64,000 nucleotides of DNA from Eledone cirrhosa (taxonomy: Eukaryota), in assembly GCA_964016885.1 (NCBI GenBank), contig OZ024748.1, forward strand, positions 49,724,001-49,788,000, read 5' to 3'. The position numbers and the translations under genes were made by a program. The notes beneath the pieces are model-generated. The model had not been told where the DNA came from and ran no database searches. It worked only from the letters and a program-made list of their open reading frames with translations. This document shows, in pieces, positions 61,793 to 64,000 of this stretch. How positions within the stretch are numbered: position 1 is the first letter of the stretch; the number at the start of each line of letters is the position of its first letter.

Positions 61793-62275
61793 GTTTCATT
61801 TATTGGCCACAAGGGCCGACATTGAGGGGACAATACAATAAATGGACAGTGGTGGTTTTACAAAAAAATCGAGTAAACGATAAAAAAGAACAATAACAAT
61901 CAACAAGAAAAGTACAATTCCCCAATAGGGGCGATAACCACCAAGGGGCGACTCCGGTACCTCAGCAATCCTGAACTACCCGACGCTCCGAGTACAATCG
62001 GGAAGAGCTCCCCTCTCTTCATCAAATCAACCACCCTACAGCCGCATGCTCAGAGTAGGCCCATTCACACAGGCCATTCTCTCTACATTCATCCGCCTTT
62101 TACTGGAGCAGCACTTCTCTCTCCACTTTTCTTTCCAAGTGAAACTTGAAAAAAGTTGATGACGGATTGGCTAAAGAGGAAAGTGTCTGTCTTCAGTCCT
62201 TTCAACCTGGTCCACCATACAACCACTTTCACTACGGCCACCAGACAGGAAAATTGCCTGCCCTTCCCGGTCAAC
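61793..62275 (-). mobile_element. Tx1/L1-group LINE 3' fragment (same family as 22318)
   Basis: VVWWTRLKGLKTDTFL shared with the 22568 ORF; 3' tail ggcccttgtggccaataaatgaaac. Confidence 0.8.
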
Positions 62276-62304
62276 TAGATAATTGAACCCCCGCCCCCTC
62301 CCTT

Positions 62305-62848
62305 TGACCTTGTGTTATTTTGTAGTACTTTTAAAGTACCAGTCAAATACTGAAGTCTATATGATCGACTTTGTCTCTCCCTTAAATTGCTGGCCTTGTG
62401 CAAAATTTAGAAATCATTATTAAAGATTGGAGGGATTGGCAGTATCGGTAGAGCGTCGGTCAACATGCTTTGCGGCATAGAGTTACGTCACTTTACTTCC
62501 CGACTTCAAATTCAACCGAGGTTACCTTTGCCTTATGGGGTCGATAAATTAAAGTACCATTAAGACACTGGGGTCGATTTAATCGGCTTTCCCCTTCCTT
62601 TCTAATTGCTGGCCTTGCTCCAAAAGTAGAAACATTTATTAAAGAGGTTCTGGATTAACAGAATCGTTAGGACGTTAGACAAATTCTTAGCAGTAATTGT
62701 TCCAGCTCTTTACGTTATGAGGTCAAGTCCCACCGTGGCTTTCTTTGCCTTTCATTCTTCCGAGGTCGATAAAATAAAGTACCAGTTAAATACCAGTCAA
62801 TTGTTCCTTTTCCCCCAACTTACTGACCTTGTGCTTAAAATAGAAATC
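62305..62848 (+). mobile_element. Cluster of three S2 SINEs
   Basis: Three (aaa)gtacca...ccttg(t/c)...agaaa units. Confidence 0.78.
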
Positions 62849-62869
62849 ATTAATTATGTTGCAATTTAG

Positions 62870-63452
62870 ATTTTTCCTGTTTCAGTATCACTACCATCCA
62901 CCTACCAGAATTACTGCAGGCAAAATAGTCTTCCAACTCGCATTTAAGGTGGTTTCTTTAATTTTGCGAATAGCTATTGCAATTATCTTCACACAATTCA
63001 AAATATAATTTTTTTTTTTGCTGTAGCTCTGAAACAGTAATCTGGTTTTCTTCCATATTATCCAGTAATTTTTTTTTCATTATACGAATGTTTAACATAA
63101 TTTGTCTTAATATTACAAATTATGCCTTTATCTAATGGTTGGATAAGTGGTGTCATATTGGGCGGTAAAAAAAACAGAAGCTGAATGTTAGGGTGTTCTA
63201 AATTACAGTGATGTAACGAAGCATTATCAATTAGCAGCAAAATTTTGATGTCAATATTATTTTCTTTTGGATAAATTTGAGCTTCAGGAACAAAGTTTTG
63301 ATAGAACCAATTTTCGAATATTGCAGCAACCAACCCTGATTATTTGCACGTCAATGGTTATTTTTATTCAATCGTCTCATTGCACGAGAATTAAGAGGCC
63401 TATTAATTAATAATGACTTCATTGAACAGTCACCCATTGCGTTACTGCATCG
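62870..63452 (-). mobile_element. pogo/Tigger-type DDE transposase fragment (decayed)
   Basis: IFENWFYQNFVPE....KILLLIDNASLH....HPNIQLLF.LPPNMTPLIQPLDKGII..IK..Y, the DDE_1 motif set. Confidence 0.88.
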
Positions 63453-63459
63453 TAGTAAT

Positions 63460-63672
63460 TGTTTCTACTTTTTGGCATAAGGCCAGCAATTACCCCAGTG
63501 CATTACTGGTACTTTATTTTATCGATCTCAACGTAAGGATGAAAGGCAAAGTTAACCTCGGCAGGATTTGAACTCAGAATGTAAAGGGCCATAACTCTAT
63601 GCTGCAAAGCGTTCTGATTTAGGCACAAGGCCAAAAATTTGAAAGGAGGGGCATGTCAATTAAATCGATCCC
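63460..63672 (-). mobile_element. S2 SINE plus a second fragment
   Basis: Homology to the 5587 element. Confidence 0.78.
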
Positions 63673-63773
63673 AGAGATTGAGTGATAACAAAATACATAG
63701 CTGCAGCTGTCCCTTTTCCATATAAAGCGTGAAACTAATAAGACTTTTTGTACCTGTCTTTGTTGTCCCCTTG

Positions 63774-63814
<41 letters not shown>

Positions 63815-63869
63815 GTAATTCCGTCGGAAAAGTTCAGGAAAAAAGAGTGCTCTATGTAGGTAACAGAGC

Positions 63870-63905
<36 letters not shown>

Positions 63906-64000
63906 AAAGCAAATGGCATATAAAAATACGGTATATGAAACATTAAAACAGGAGATAATTTGCAAAGAAGGTAAGAACAGATAATTACAAAGGAGTAGTA

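Overview
AT-rich eukaryotic window dominated by microsatellites ((TA)n, (CA)n, (GA)n, trinucleotide arrays) and transposon debris. The SINE and microsatellite repertoire suggests an octopus or other coleoid genome (inference). Almost all ORFs in the supplied track are microsatellite artefacts. Recognisable content: many tRNA-derived SINEs; decayed LINEs (CR1-like, RTE-like, Tx1/L1-like, CRE-like, HERO-like); Helitron, mariner and pogo/Tigger fragments; a Penelope-like element (PLE) with a GIY-YIG endonuclease and a hammerhead ribozyme (HHR); one convincing host terminal exon (coiled-coil, 60924-61565); and a 6.2-kb duplication across a 200-N gap that is probably an assembly artefact. The stand-out feature is a 2.6-kb array (40007-42624) of apparently identical 464-bp non-coding units inserted in (TA)n. 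Each unit carries a minimal type I HHR with a palindromic stem III and an ATGCAAAT octamer, and the units form two divergent arms. It looks like a very young non-LTR retrozyme (putative circRNA-producing, PLE-mobilised). A diverged relative at 2071-2280 starts at the predicted cleavage site and ends at the same 3' point. Several other HHR-bearing or fold-back insertions in (TA)n occur across the window. All alignments and folds were done by eye.
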